From the NCBI GenBank assembly GCA_002189035.1, contig NEEC01000016.1, forward strand, positions 1,922,001 to 1,986,000: DNA of 64,000 bases, given 5' to 3'. Made by a program: the position numbers and the translations under genes. Below are positions 1-13,419 of this stretch, piece by piece. The stretch comes from Utricularia gibba. Its lineage: Eukaryota > Plantae > Magnoliophyta. The stretch's first letter is position 1. Every line of letters starts with the position of its first letter. Under the pieces are notes generated by a model. The model had not been told where the DNA came from, searched no databases, and worked only from the letters and a program-made list of their open reading frames with translations.

Positions 1-2161
1 TTTTAAGAAAGGACTGAAGTAACTGGACAAGTGCTGGAACATTTGCAGGTTTTTTCCACGACTCAGGCATAAGGAGTATCATAAATATCTCCATATAGTT
101 CCCTGGAAGAGGGGTTCGATATGAATCAACAAGCAGAGCCAGCATCTGGAATGCATATGGAAAGAACTCGCTCACGTCTTTGGTTAATATCATTTGCAAG
201 CTCGGCAAGAGACTTGTTTCTAGAGAAGAAATAAGTGCATTGTCCTGCTCACAAGCCCTCCTTATTAGAAGAGCCACAGATTCAAAAAGGTAGTGATTGA
301 AGACTGGATTTTTAGGGTTTTCACAAACCCTGTTAAGAATAGCTGCCAGCCCATTGATGCAAGGTAACGCAATGTCATGTGAAAGAGTAGCAACTCCCAA
401 AACACGCATGATGCACTTCATAATATACTGATTCTCCTCTGATTCTGGCTTCTGCAATGCAGCAAAAAGATTTGTCATCAGCGGTAGAAGCATTGGATTC
501 ACATCGGCTTCTGAGAACCGTGCATTTCCTCTTTCTTCCTTGACAAGAAGAAGTTTCTCAATGCAGCTGGCCGCATATGAATGTACCACGTTGGACTCTG
601 AGACTAGGAAGCGAACCACATCAGGAAGTAAATTCATTGCAACTTCCTTAGAGATATGGCTCCTAAACATCGTGAAGAACTTCAGGGCACCAGCTTTCAG
701 CATAGGAAATTCATCCACATTTTGGTTTTTCAGATCCGGCACAACAACATTTCCAAAAAAAGTTTGAATGTCGATGAGATCAGTAGATGTGGTGATCCCA
801 CCAGCTTTCTTTGTGGCAAGAGAGACCACCAGGTAGATAGCACAGTCTTTGTACTTCCAGTTAGAATTAGGATTCGCTGAAAATGTAGATAAAAGGCTCT
901 GAATCTGAGCTGATACCTTTTCATTAACCTTTTCTTTATAGTTCGCAGAAATTCCTTTGAGGAGTTCGCACGCTATCCTCCTCCTAGTGTCTAGATCGCT
1001 TCCTTCCATATCTCTCCGTATGAACTCTATATAATTCATCTCAAAAAGTTCTTCGTCTTCATCCCTTAGCATCACATTGGGAATCACGATACTCTGACAA
1101 ATCTGCTGCAAAACATCATCCCTAGAAAATAATGCATGATGCACACTCGAGCTGACAGTGGTTAAGAATTTAATAGCGGTTACTGTAAGCTCCTCGCGTG
1201 TGGGGGAATTCGAGGAAACTACCAAAAGACCCCACACTGCCTCCACGAACTCGCTTAAGTATTTCTGAAAGGCCTCCCCCTCTTTCATCATAAACAAGCT
1301 AATGATTTCACAGACAGAAGCACGCAAAGAATCGACCACAGCAAGCCCATCATTCCCCACATCCTCTAATGCAGAATATTTAACAGTTAAGTATTTCTTA
1401 AATTCAATCATCCACTCATCAAGGTGATCCTCATAATACTCAGGAAGATCCTGAGAACAGAGTGAATGAAAGATGCTGCAACATAACTTTTGCGAGTCTA
1501 CATACCCTTTAAGAACATTAGCATTCGCTGCCGTTGACCCCATCAGATGGTCCAAAAATCCAGCCGTCCGTTTAAACAATTCCAGTAATGGCTTCGCAAA
1601 TATATCCAGGCAGTACTTCAAGTCAAGCCTCAACTCATTAGTCCCAAACTCGTGCCTAAATTTTAGAAATAAAGAATCGATTGTTGCCAAAACCCCATTC
1701 ACCGAGGCATATGCATTCGCCTGACTCAAATTCGTAAGAGTGACAACCAATTCCGGTAACAAAGTGTTCCAATTTCGAGGAAAGTCGTGCTTTCCAATTT
1801 CCGTTAAGGCTTGACTAAGCTGCGCTTGAATCTTGGGCGGTGAATCAACCATGAGGGTAACGATTAAAGCCTTAATCTGCACCTTCTCAGGATCCGGCAC
1901 CACAACTTTAGACGGTTCATCGGGGTCCCCAGCCCAGTGACTCTTCACATGGTTTTTGAAATTCACAGCTGCCGACTGGCGGATCTGTTCATCTACACCT
2001 GTCGAGGCAACAAGTTGAAGAACTGCTAATGCGTAATTTGGACGGGCGGCAGCCTCCGAGAGCTTAGCCTCTGCTTGGCGGCGAGGCTCCGGTACAGGGA
2101 GCAACGTATTGCGAAAGCATTCAGAGAGGAAGTTAAGAAAATCGGGAGTAATCGCATCCAT
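1..2161 (-). CDS. CSE1: Exportin-2 / CSE1 (importin-alpha re-exporter); intronless here, 3' part runs off the window start (720 codons visible)
   Basis: Manual translation from ATG at 2161: [34 protein letters not shown]...AAVNFKNH...[10 protein letters not shown]...[22 protein letters not shown]...[10 protein letters not shown]. Segments sampled at 2161, 1801 and 4 share one frame. Absent from the ORF track because no stop lies inside the window. Confidence 0.93.
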   Translation of the reverse strand, partial: MDAITPDFLNFLSECFRNTLLPVPEPRRQAEAKLSEAAARPNYALAVLQLVASTGVDEQIRQSAAVNFKNHVKSHWAGDPDEPSKVVVPDPEKVQIKALIVTLMVDSPPKIQAQLSQALTEIGKHDFPRNWNTLLPELVVTLTNLSQANAYASVNGVLATIDSLFLKFRHEFGTNELRLDLKYCLDIFAKPLLELFKRTAGFLDHLMGSTAANANVLKGYVDSQKLCCSIFHSLCSQDLPEYYEDHLDEWMIEFKKYLTVKYSALEDVGNDGLAVVDSLRASVCEIISLFMMKEGEAFQKYLSEFVEAVWGLLVVSSNSPTREELTVTAIKFLTTVSSSVHHALFSRDDVLQQICQSIVIPNVMLRDEDEELFEMNYIEFIRRDMEGSDLDTRRRIACELLKGISANYKEKVNEKVSAQIQSLLSTFSANPNSNWKYKDCAIYLVVSLATKKAGGITTSTDLIDIQTFFGNVVVPDLKNQNVDEFPMLKAGALKFFTMFRSHISKEVAMNLLPDVVRFLVSESNVVHSYAASCIEKLLLVKEERGNARFSEADVNPMLLPLMTNLFAALQKPESEENQYIMKCIMRVLGVATLSHDIALPCINGLAAILNRVCENPKNPVFNHYLFESVALLIRRACEQDNALISSLETSLLPSLQMILTKDVSEFFPYAFQMLALLVDSYRTPLPGNYMEIFMILLMPESWKKPANVPALVQLLQSFLK

Positions 2162-2646
2162 TGAAACCCAGCTAGAGACGAAGACTGGAAGCTAGGGTTT
2201 CTCCAGAAATGCAAACCAGATGCCAATACGGGCTCCTGATTTCGGACTGGTGACGATGTTGCGATCGGACAAAAGGAATTTGAAAACAAGAGCAAGAGGG
2301 AGCAGATAGCTGTCGCCTGTAGGGCTGGGTTTAGCTTCGCACTACGTAGTTTATGCGCTATCGATGTCAAGAACGAAAGTGATTGGGCTTGGCCGAGTAT
2401 CGTGGCCCAATAATAGAAGGGGGCTCAATTCGATTTCGGCCCATTAGTAATGATCCATCCACGCACTTGAAATTTGAAAAGGCTAAAGGCTGTGAAAAGA
2501 CAGCTTTCTGGTTCCTCTCGGCTCCATTTCAATCCGTTGCGTCTCCAAATCTGTGATTCCTCTTCGCTCACCGACGGGGATTTTGAATCTCCGATTTCTC
2601 TCATTGCTCTGGAAGTTTGTTGACTTGCCGCTGACTCCCTGAAATT
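2162..2646. promoter_or_regulatory. Shared divergent promoter/5'UTR region of CSE1 and DRP1, with site II motifs and a telo-box variant
   Basis: 485 bp between the two ATGs. TGGGCT at 2384-2389, GGCCCA at 2404-2409 and about 2438-2443. CTAGGGTTT (AAACCCTAG on minus) at 2192-2200. Confidence 0.7.
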
Positions 2647-5600
2647 ATGGACAGTAGCTTGATATCACTTGTGAACCGCCTACAGCGAGCTTGTACGGCG
2701 CTTGGGGATCACGGTGAGGAGACTTCGTTGCCTACTCTATGGGACGCGTTACCTTCGATCGCCGTCGTCGGTGGCCAGGTCCTTCGATCTTTTTTAATGT
2801 GTGTGCGATAGCGTGTTTTTTACGAGTTTGGACGGAATATGGAGTTTCCGTCGATGACCTCCTTTTTCCTATGACTTATTTGATGAAATTGAGTTCAGAT
2901 CTGATTGGGAGATACTTATTCTACTTTGTCTGTATTAGAGTTCTGGAAAGTCTTCGGTGCTGGAGAGCATTGTGGGCAAGGATTTTCTACCTCGCGGCTC
3001 TGGTATTGTTTTCGCAATTGGTCGACAATATGATAATTCAGTTTTATTTTAATGTTTGATTCGGTGTTGTTTTCCATTTATGCTATGTAGGTATTGTTAC
3101 TCGGCGTCCTCTCGTTCTGCAGCTTCATCGGATTGATGAGGGTAGGGAATATGCGGAATTTGGGCATCTCCCTAGGAAGAGGTTCACGGACTTCGGTAAG
3201 CCTTTGGGTCTTCTTTCGGTGATGCTCTTGTTTAATGCATCCTTAACTTGAATTCCACTAAGTTTTGTTGTGTTTGCAGCTGCTGTCCGGCAGGAGATTG
3301 CTGATGAAACTGATAGGGAGACAGGGCGTACAAAGCAAATCTCATCGGTTCCAATTTATCTGAGCATTTATTCACCAAACGGTCAGTTTCCTTCTTGAAA
3401 TTGCACTCTTCTTATTTAGGATTGCGGCTTGATTGACATGCCTTTTGGTTTTGCAGTTGTGAACTTAACCTTGATTGATCTTCCTGGTCTCACAAAAGTT
3501 GCTGTTGGTGAGTCCAGGATCTTCGTTGATTTTATGGTGGAGTTGTTTCTTGTGTCGTGAAAAATAATTTCTACTGGCTTGCTGTAGAGGGTCAGCCAGA
3601 AAGCATTGTAATGGAGATTGAGACCATGGTACGAGCATACATTGAGAAGGTATATTCTTAACGTTGTCATCCTTTCTCAGAATTATAAGTTATTTTCATT
3701 CCAGATGGTTTACGTATCCTCAGATACATTCTAGAACCACTAGGACTACTCAGTTTCTTTTTATACTCCCTGTTAGTTATCAATAGTAGAATAACTAAGC
3801 ATGTTGTTTCCGATTTTTCATTTCAGCCGAACTGTATAATTTTGGCAATTTCTCCTGCCAACCAAGATCTTGCCACATCAGATGCAATTAAAATTTCTCG
3901 TGAAGTAGACCCAAAAGGTTTGAAATGTTATCATTTCCCACTTTTGGCTAGTGCGAGACTTGTTTCATTATCGTGACATATGAGAGAAAAACTTGGTGTT
4001 TTTTTTTTTTTTTTGTTTCTTGCTTTTCTACATACCTTAATGAAATTAGTATTATTTCAGGTGACAGAACATTTGGTGTTTTAACCAAGATTGATCTTAT
4101 GGACAAGGGTACCGATGCTGTAGATGTAAGCTTTCATGATTTCCATATGTAGCCTCCATCTGCAAATATCATCTTCTGTTATCTTCTGAAGCATGAAACT
4201 CAACATTAATTATTCTGATCGTTAGCCTTTTGATTTTAGATTCTGGAAGGAAAAGCATATAAGCTACAGTTTCCATGGATTGGTGTTGTTAATCGCTCCC
4301 AGCAAGACATTAACAAAAACGTTGATATGATTGCTGCAAGACGTAGAGAGCAGCAGTATTTTTCTCAAACCATGGAGTACAAGCATCTTGCTCATAGAAT
4401 GGGATCCGAGCATCTTGGGAAAGTATTATCAAAAGTAAGGAGTCTCCTTCAGAATTAATCCTGGAATCAGGAGGCTGAACTCAAGTTTGTCATTTTCTGT
4501 TCCTATTTAGCATTTGGAAGCTGTCATCAAATCAAGAATACCTGGACTTCAGTCACTTATTAACAAAACCATCCATGATATGGAAACCGAATTGAGTCGT
4601 CTTGGAAGGCCCATGGCAGCTGATCCTGGGGTAAGTGGTGACCTCTATTTCATAATTTGCATCTGCCCACCTTTCTATTTTCTTTGATTTTCAAATTTTG
4701 ATATGTTATTATGAGTGGTGTTAATATTCTTGTAACTTTTTGGATATGAATTGCAGGGGAAGTTATACATGATCATGGAGATTTGCCGTACGTTTGATGG
4801 AATATTCAAAGATCACCTTGATGGAGTGTATGAAATTCTTTCTCTCTATATACTAGAAAGAACTGAACCAAGTAGGGTTCTTTTTTCTTATTTTTTTTAC
4901 TATTTTGTGATTGAATGTTTGTTTTAAATGATTCTGCAGGCGGCCAGGAGGTGATAAAATTTATAATGTATTCGACAACCAACTTCCTGCTGCGTTAAAG
5001 CGCCTTCAGTTTGATAAACAACTTGCAATGGAAAATGTGAGGAAATTAATTACGGAGGCTGATGGATATCAGCCCCATCTTATAGCACCCGAACAGGGAT
5101 ATCGCCGCTTGATTGAAACGGCACTTGTTACCATTAAAGGTCCAGCTGAGGCAGCTGTTGATGCGGTAAGATATTGTCTGCGCTTCTGCCTTTCATGCTT
5201 GTGGAGTAGTTGCTAGAGATTGCCTATCTGTCTAACTTTTTCTTTTCCAGGTTCATGGAATACTGAAGGAACTAGTCAACAAATCAATCAGTGAGACATC
5301 GGTACGTGAATGGAATGCCATTAACCATATTCAAGCTCATAATTAATATATATATTTCCTTATAGGAGCTGAGACAGTTCCCTTCATTGCGAGTGGAGGT
5401 GAAAAACGCTGCTTATGAATCACTGGAAAGGATGAGAGAGGAAAGCAGACGGGCAACTTTGCAGCTAGTTGAAATGGAATGGTGCTACTTGACTGTGGAT
5501 TTTTTCAGGAGGCTTCCTCAAGACGCTGAAAAAGGTGGCAATGCCACACATTCTATTTTTGACCGATACAACGACTCGTATCTCCGAAGGATCGGTACGT

Positions 5601-6010
5601 ATTGTCCTAGTGCCTTATCCCTTTTTCATATCGCATAATTAACGTGGGCCTTTCTGGGGGATGGCAGGATCGAATGTCTTGTCGTATGTGAATATGGTAT
5701 GTGGAAGTCTGAGGAACTCCATTCCCAAGTCCATCGTTTACTGTCAAGTGCGTGAAGCCAAGCGCAATCTGTTCGATCACTTCTACACAGAACTAGGGAA
5801 AAAGGAGGTGGGTTCCATGTTTCCCCGTCGCTGCTGGTTTTATATACTCGAATGAATCAACAACTTCATTCATGTTCGCAGGGGAGACAACTAGGAGTGC
5901 TTTTGGACGAGGATCCCGCGATCATGCAGCGCCGTGCGTCTCTTGCCAAGAGACTGGAGTTGTACAGAGCAGCTCAGGCAGAAATCGATTCTGTAGCCTG
6001 GTCCAAATAA
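2647..6010 (+). CDS. DRP1: Dynamin-related protein 1 (DRP1A/1B, phragmoplastin-like), multi-exon
   Basis: Exon 1 (2647-2778) [44 protein letters not shown] is followed by [22 protein letters not shown] (P-loop), [40 protein letters not shown] and [13 protein letters not shown], ending EIDSVAWSK* at 6010. Introns are GT-AG. Confidence 0.95.
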
Positions 6011-7399
6011 GAGAATTATCACCGCTCACCGCCTTTCTTGTGCTGCTACTACTCGGTATTTTTCTTTCTCCATTTGCTCATCACCTTCTGCTTATAGTTC
6101 CTACTATTTGTTTTAAGATGCAAATTCCGTTTGATGATGCTGTACGTTTAGACCTCCATCTATATAATTGGTTATCATTGTTTATCATATCCGCTTGGCC
6201 CCCAATATTTGCCTTGTAAGAAATAGATTGCTTAATGTCCTTACTCTTATGACTCAGACCGTAGGATTTGTTATATAAAATAATAGCATATTAAGTGTGT
6301 ATATGTACATTATTCATATGTCACAATTGTATGCATTTATATCGGGATACATTATAGGGGTATGATACGATGGGAAGCTAAGATTATGCATCAAGCTAAT
6401 TAATGATCAAGCTTCGTATGTGGCCATCTATGTAGTGGAAGTAGAATTGTTTGCCTAAGTAATCCACGAATAGAACGATGTGCATATTATATATTGGGAT
6501 TTTAAAATCACAAAATATAAAAAGAGATCAATGGCCTATACATGTAAACTCATGATAAACCATCATTCAAGTCACATCATGCACGAATGACAATAAAATG
6601 AATTATGAGACCATACCTTATGCACATGGGTGTAAATATGTGGTTTGAATAACGTCATGGTTTGAATCTGTATAAATACATGGTACAATATTGAAAGAAA
6701 TTCAATTCTATGATCCAACATAGTACAAATTGTGTATGAAATTAACATTGTTTGAATAAACTGAGTACAATGCATATCTCAAGTGCATACATTTGGATCA
6801 ACATATAAACATCCAAAGGGAATGTTGGTATTTATAGCAATATCAATAATGCTCCTAGAATTAATGTATATACTCATAAGAAAATCTTCTAATACCAAAG
6901 AAATTAATAATGAAAATATGTTCGACAAATCAATATGCCAACTCTTATCTATGTCATATTTTAAGTGTCGAAATCCTTACACTCAAATACTCTTTGATGT
7001 CATATTTCAATTCTATAATTTTCTTATTTAGTTGTTGAATTGTCTTTTCTACTTATTTGTCTAGAAAAAGAGATTAAAAAGTTTTTTTTTGTTTTCTTAA
7101 GGAATCATGATTAATATAGCATGATATTCTTTAAATTTCATGCATTATCGTTATTTCTATATAATACATTTAAAAACCATTCAAATAATGTATTGTCACT
7201 TTCATTTTATCTTATACTCAAAATCCATTATCAAACTTCATACTCGATTATTGTCTATTTATCTTATAGGTTTTAGTTTATTAACAAATTTTAGAATTTT
7301 TTTGTAAAAGTAATGGATTATTAATATACAATCAATGTAATGAATTTATACTAATTTGTGCTTTGTAAAATGCAAATTCTCATTGTAAAATGGAATTGT

Positions 7400-10140
7400 C
7401 ATTGGATCATCATCTAAACTAACAATAGGATGAGACATTTGGAAATCCTTTGCATATTGTAGGAATCTGGTGGACGCCTATGCCAGTCGTCGAGTTAACA
7501 AAAGAGGGGAGACCTTTGGTTTTCTCATGTTTAGTAATTTTCAGGACTTATCATCACTCAAGGAGAAGATCCAACAACGATCGAAGGAAATGAACCCTAT
7601 TTTCATTAGCGAATGCCATGGTAGATAGGGACCTCATCAAAAAGCTCAAGAAAAAGGAAAGACAGTGCAGCACTCAAGCTCTCAAGAGGAACCGAGAAAG
7701 GGGACCTTAAAAAACCATGAGAGACCGAAAGGAAAATTATCTTATGCTCAATTACTCAAAGGCAAAAGCGAGGAAGCGAGAAAACTCCTACTGAAAAAGG
7801 ATTCAATCAAGATACTAGAGGATGAGGTCGCAAAAGGGTGGATGATAGCTTCATTAGTCGGTGAATTACGAGCGTAATGCCTTCAAGAAGAACTATACAA
7901 AAGTTTGGAATACGTGAGATTATCAATTATGAAGGTTCCACAATAGGGTGGCCTTAGGGTTCTTCTCGAATTTTCTATTCCTTTCGGAATAGAAAATTTG
8001 AGATTGTAGAAGCATGGTTGGGTAAGTTCTTTTCAACAACAACCCAAGGGGCAGATAGATAGGTTTGGTTGGATATTAGGGGGCCTCGCTTTTTCGTGCT
8101 AGTCTAGAGTAGCCATTGAGGAAATTGGCAAGTAGTTAAGGCGAGGCCATAACATTTGACGATATCACGGCATTTAAAGGAGCAATGGTATACAGTTGAG
8201 TACTTATTTGTACCTGCCAAATGGCACCCATTCAAAGAAGCATTTGGGTGACATAAAAATCGAAAAAAGCAAGGGTCTGGATATAGACAAAGAATATAAC
8301 TCAAGCGTAATCTACACTACGATGATGGATCATAGCAAGAGTGACAATAACTACGAGGATAGCAACTCTTCAAATGACAATTCCGATAGAAATGCTATAG
8401 ACAAAGAAGTTGAGATGGACGACTTGAGTTTATAGTCAAAACTCTAGGTTTAGCCCCAGAAGCTAGGATCATATTAGAAGAAGCATCAAGGGCTAGAAAA
8501 TCCTAGAATCCATCACCAACAGTTTTCTACATCTTGAAAAAGAAATTTGAAGATGAGAAAACTGAGGCCTTATGTGGATGAGAAAAGAGTAGTGAAGAAA
8601 TAATCAGCAATACCTTTCCATCAGCATCAGAAGACACTAAGCTACTTTGGATCACATCAAGAAGAAAAAATAGGGTGGGAATGGATAGCTCAAAAGGCCA
8701 GACCTTGGATTGCTCAGTGACAATACCTAGTATGAATAGTGAATCTTTTCTCTAATTATTAGAGACCTTAGGAATCCAATGTTCAAATGACTCAAATGAT
8801 GTCTATTTATCTAAATGTTGAGTAATCTTAATATCAAAATACATGGTATTAGGGACAAGGTAAAAATAAGGATTGTAAGACATATATATAGGAATATAGG
8901 GTGAACATCCTACTATTACAAGAAATACAAATGCAGGTAGTATCACCCAAGGAGGTGTTGAGCTTATGGGGGCTAGAGGAGTGTGGGTTTAGCTACATGG
9001 CAGCACTTGATAGCTCTAGAGGTCTACTTAGTGTGTGGAATATGAACATGTTGGAGGTAATAGCATGTGCATAAGCAAATCAATGGCTAATGTTGAGATG
9101 TAAACTAATAGGAAGAGACACTTGGTTTGAAGTTTTCAATATTTTTGGGTCTCATAAAATCTCTGAGAAATGGAAGTTTTGGGGAAAATTTGGAAAATAT
9201 CTAACATAGTATCCATATGAAAAGATTGTTCTTGGGGATTTTAATATTACAAAAAGAATGTTAGAAAGTAAGGGCTCCATAGGCAGATGAACCAAAGAGA
9301 ATCAAGTATTCAATGAGTTTCTTTTGAAGTCACATATGATAGACCTCAGATTAGTTTCCTCGAAAATATACTTGGTATAGTCCAAATTTAAGGAAGATGA
9401 GTCGTCTGGACAAGGATTGATCTGCATTACCTTTCTTGACAAATTTCCAATGGACAAGCTAGTAGCACTAAAAAGAAATGTTGCTAATGATGTCCCAATT
9501 TTATTTCGATCAACAATCGTGAATGATGGACCAAAACCCTTTTGTTTTTAGAACATTTGATTGGCAAGAGAAGAGTTAACATCCTTAAGTGAAGGAGAAA
9601 TGGGGGTCTACTATGCATGGGAGATCAATTTTCCAAAAACTCTAGTAGTTAAAAGGAGAGATCAAGGGTTGGAGTAAAAATTCTATGGGTAATTTGAAGG
9701 GACAAAGATAGCAAATTCAAAAAAAAAAAAATATGTGAGCTTGAGTTCAAGGCCTAGAAAGAAGATCTAATATGTAATGAACAATTTGAATACATGGAAA
9801 AGAGGATGGAGGTGGAAAAAATTAATCAAGATATTGTGGTTTTATCTCGAATAAGATCAAGATCGTAGTGGATTAAAGAAGGAGATGAAAACAAGTATTT
9901 TCATAAGATTATGAAACAGAGACAAGCTTCTAAGAAGATCAATGGGATGTGGTTCACATGATGTGGGTTAAGGGACCAATGCAAATAAAAACAGCAGCAG
10001 TGAAGTATTTCAAGTTTGTTTTTCAAAATGCAGCAATGCTAAATGCGAGGATGATTTTTTTAGGATTGAACCAGCTAACAAAGGAGCATATAGACTCAAC
10101 TTAGATCCATCAGTAGAAGAAGAGGAGATACTAAAATGTG
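7400..10140 (+). mobile_element. Degenerate L1-type LINE: RRM-bearing ORF1 remnant plus APE endonuclease region, truncated before RT
   Basis: Fragmentary motifs: VDAY..RRVNKRGRPFGF (RRM, about 7470-7530), GLLSVWN (about 9020), VLGDFN (about 9230), SRLD, GPKPF (about 9530), EGDEN-KYFH (about 9880). Many stops and frameshifts. Boundaries approximate. Confidence 0.8.
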
Positions 10141-10169
10141 GTGATAGATGGTCTCAGCCAAAGTATACT

Positions 10170-11661
10170 TATTCAGGAATTTTGCACAGAGATGGAACGA
10201 ATGGGACTAGAGGTGGTACCAGAAGGAAGGCTGGCCACAATCATCTATGTGATGCCTAATCTACTAGCTGAGATCAAGAAGACCTAGGGTGAAGATGGTG
10301 TATGCCAGATACAGGGCATGGCATGCAAAGGACAAGCAATCTTCACGATCAGGACAGATGGGTTAATCGCAACACATGGAAGAATATGGGTACCCGATCT
10401 AGAGATGTTGCAGGAGCATATCCTGAGGGAGGCACATGAGGCAGGATATACTATGCACCCGAGAAACACCAAGATGTATCATGACTTGAAGAAGAGCTTC
10501 TAGTGGCCAGAGATGAAGCAGAGTATTGTCTCGTTTGTGGGGAATTGTCAAGTTTGCCAGCACACCAAGGTAAAATAACAATGACTTGGTGGTCTATTAC
10601 AATACCTAAGTATTCCTAAGTAGAAGTAGGAGAAGGTTACTATGGATTTTGTGACAGGATTGCTTAGGACTCACATGGGGTAGGATGTAATCTAGGTTGG
10701 GGTGGACCACCTCACAAAGAGCACTCACTTTCTACCGATTCATTCTAAATGGAGCATCAGTCGCCTCGCTTGAAAATACATGGCGGAGATAGTTCACCTC
10801 TACACTATGGCAAGTTGTACAGGAGGCGCTGAGCAACAAGCTCAATATAGGTATCGCGCTGCACCCTAGACGAATGGACAATCAAAGAAGACAATTCAAA
10901 CAGTGGAGGGCCTATTGTGAGCTTGCGCCTTGGAGTTTCCAAGGGATTGCGACAAGCACATCTATTTGGTGGAGTTTGCATACAACAATGGGTATCAATC
11001 GAGTTTGGGAATGTCTCCATATGAAGCTATATATGGAAGGAAATGCAGGAATCCTTTGCATTGGGACGAAATGGGAGAACGAGCACTATTGGGACCCGAC
11101 TTGGTCCATGATGCAGAACACAAGGTATGGGTAATCAGGGAAAGACTTAAGGTGGCTTAGGACTGGCAGAAGAGTTGGGTAGACATTGAAAAGAGGCCAC
11201 TGGACTTTGAGGTTTCAGACAAGGTTTATCTACGACTATCACCCCAACGAGGGCTTACACGGAGTGCCAAGTTTGGGAAGATAGGACCACGGTTCATTGG
11301 ATCATATGAGGTTACGAAACGTGTTGGAAAGCAGGCATATCGGATGGCCTTACCACCAGGGTTGTCAGGGATGCACAACATCTTTCATGTGCGACCAGCT
11401 TAAGAAGCAGATACCAGATGTAGGGCGTGAGATACGTGGGAATGAGTTTGAGATTGCGGATAACCTCACTTATGAATTTTGGGACGCAAGGTGACTACGC
11501 TGAGAGGAAGACTGATTTTGTGGCTGAAGGTTCATTGGGCGAACCTTGGCCCTGAAAATGCAACATGGGTGACAGAAGTTCAGATGAGGATGCAACACCC
11601 TAAACTGTTTGCAAGTAAGGTTTTGGTACAAAACCTTCTTAAGGGAGGGGGAGGGGGAGAA
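10170..11661 (+). mobile_element. Ty3/Gypsy chromovirus (Tekay/Del-like), 3' internal part: integrase, GPY/F, chromodomain, PPT; degenerate and 5'-truncated
   Basis: Motifs HILREAHEAGYTMHP, MDFVTGL, EFAYNNGYQSSLGMSPYEAIYGRKCRNPLHWDE, PRFIGSYEV..RVGKQAYRMALP and the chromodomain LWLKVHW.NLGPENATW. Polypurine tract gggagggggagggggagaa ends at 11661. Confidence 0.9.
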
Positions 11662-12445
11662 TGTCATAACCCGGGTAGGATTGTATTGAATTTCGATGAT
11701 GATATAGTATGCAGAGAGGCTAAGGGGGCAACATGGAGGGGCTACGAGGAACCCCTTTGCTTGGCTGACTATTCTCAAGGAATCGGTCGGATCCAAACAC
11801 GGCATGCAACTCTTGATGGAGGCATACCAAGCTCTCGAGCAAACCTCGAGAGTGCTCGCAGGAGAGACCTACTTGAGCAGACGGGACTCTGTGCGATTGA
11901 GCAAGCATGCATGCCCAAGAGATGGTGAGTGATGCGCTGGACGTTGGGCGGAGTGTGGTCATGAGCCCAAGTGTTGGATGAGATATGGTTGGTAAGGATT
12001 TTCCCAATGTGATGGTGGAGAAGGGCCCGAGGGCCTAAGAAGGGAAAAAGGGCCGACTATTCACATATTGGGTCTGTAAGGTGAAGGCTTGGAAGAGGAA
12101 AGAGCCTAGGAGCCCAACAATCAAGGGTGGTATATAAGGGAAAGGCATGGTGGTAGGTTGGGGGTTTGGAACTTAAAGAAGGAGCGCCATCATGCCAAGA
12201 TGCGAAAAGAGAAGGTTATGTTTTGGCAGAAGGGCAAGGAGCCAAACAAAGGTAAGGGGAAGCATGAGCAAGAGCGTACAAATAGTGGCTGAAGGGCTAA
12301 AAGATGATGAGCCCGAAAGGGGTGCGGTCGGATCCTTGGCCAAGGTACCTCCGACGGCAACCCAATATGAGTTTCAGGGTAGACCTTGCCATGAGTTCCA
12401 ATAGGATCGGGGTTGGGACGGATCACTGATCGAGATCCCTCCCAA

Positions 12446-12925
12446 TGCAGCTGGGCACAGGTCCGACTCTGCAGGTCACGGGTCGATCCTGCCGGGTAAA
12501 AAATGAAATGTCTAACTCAGTGGGTATGGGTTGATGGGTTGGATAGGCTGGCCTGTCCGGGTCATGGGTTGACACTGCAATGGCATGTTTATGGTGCTTG
12601 GAGAATATTGAAGCCAATGTCTTCCAAGCACTACAATTGCATGTTTGCGGTGCCTGGAGAATATTGAAGCCAGTGTCTTCCAGGCACTACAATTGAATGT
12701 TTGCGGTGCCTGGAAAATATTGAAGCCAATGTCTTCTATGCACTACAATGGTATGTTTGTGGTGTCCGAAGAATATTGAAGCTAGTGTCTTACATGCCTA
12801 TTTTAGTTAGCCCGCCGGGTTGACCCGTACCCATGTACAATCGACCCGTCCCATACCTGTTTTCGACGGTTACGGGTTACGGGTCAGACCAATCACGAGT
12901 CAACGCGTATCCGTGCCCAGCTCTA
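12446..12925. mobile_element. Non-autonomous hAT element (MITE), 480 bp
   Basis: 13-bp TIRs TGCAGCTGGGCAC / GTGCCCAGCTCTA (11/13 match). 8-bp TSD CCTCCCAA (12438-45) / CCTCCCGA (12926-33). Subterminal GACCCG/CGGGT repeats. The homologous LTR near 63405 has the empty site. Confidence 0.88.
12573..12797. repeat. Tandem array of four 56-bp units inside the MITE, each with an internal inverted repeat
   Basis: Unit CACTACAATTGCATGTTTGCGGTGCCTGGAGAATATTGAAGCCAGTGTCTTCCAGG, starting at 12573, 12629, 12685 and 12741. Confidence 0.9.
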
Positions 12926-13419
12926 CCTCCCGACAACAATGTGATGTGCCATCACACAATGCACACCCCTTGTGATCAAGGGTCCTTATAGTGTGCAGGT
13001 TTACATTTTTATGATGTTATGCGCTGATGTTATGCCTATGATACGCACCATGCTTATAATGATATGTTTATGGTTGGTAGTGTGGTCTACCCTACGCATA
13101 TGTTAACCCTTTACGAACTTATGTGTAGATGAAGGTTATGGTTGTGCGGAGACTAGCGGAGAGGCTAGCGAAGTAAATCCGGAGGATCGAGGGGATTGGG
13201 AAATAGAAAGTTACTACCATGCTCGTGTTTTCCTTCCTTTTGGTGTGATTTTTGTGGATTGTGTTGAATAGTTTTCTTGTATTTATGAATAAGATATTCC
13301 CCAATAACCTCATGTCTATGGGGGTTAAATGGATCAAACTAAAGCCACCCAAGAAACTAGCAAAATTTCTGGGTGAGGTAATGATCATGGCAATCAGGCC
13401 CTCTTCTCGGGTCGTTACA

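Larger units (their letters stand above)
11662..13419 (+). mobile_element. 3' LTR of the Tekay-like element (about 1270 bp native plus a 480-bp MITE insertion)
   Basis: Starts TGTCATAACCC immediately after the PPT and ends GGGTCGTTACA (imperfect terminal inverted repeat). Colinear with the copy at about 62648-63880. Confidence 0.88.

Noticed and set aside
6128-6142. TTGATGATGCTG resembling part of miR172
   Set aside because: Only 12 nt, in the same sense as the miRNA, inside the DRP1 3'UTR, with no hairpin. I found no full match to the conserved plant miRNAs, tRNAs or rRNAs I could recall anywhere in the window.
12573-12797. CRISPR-like appearance of the 56-bp palindromic array
   Set aside because: Whole units are repeated with no unique spacers, there are no cas genes, and the context is a eukaryotic MITE.
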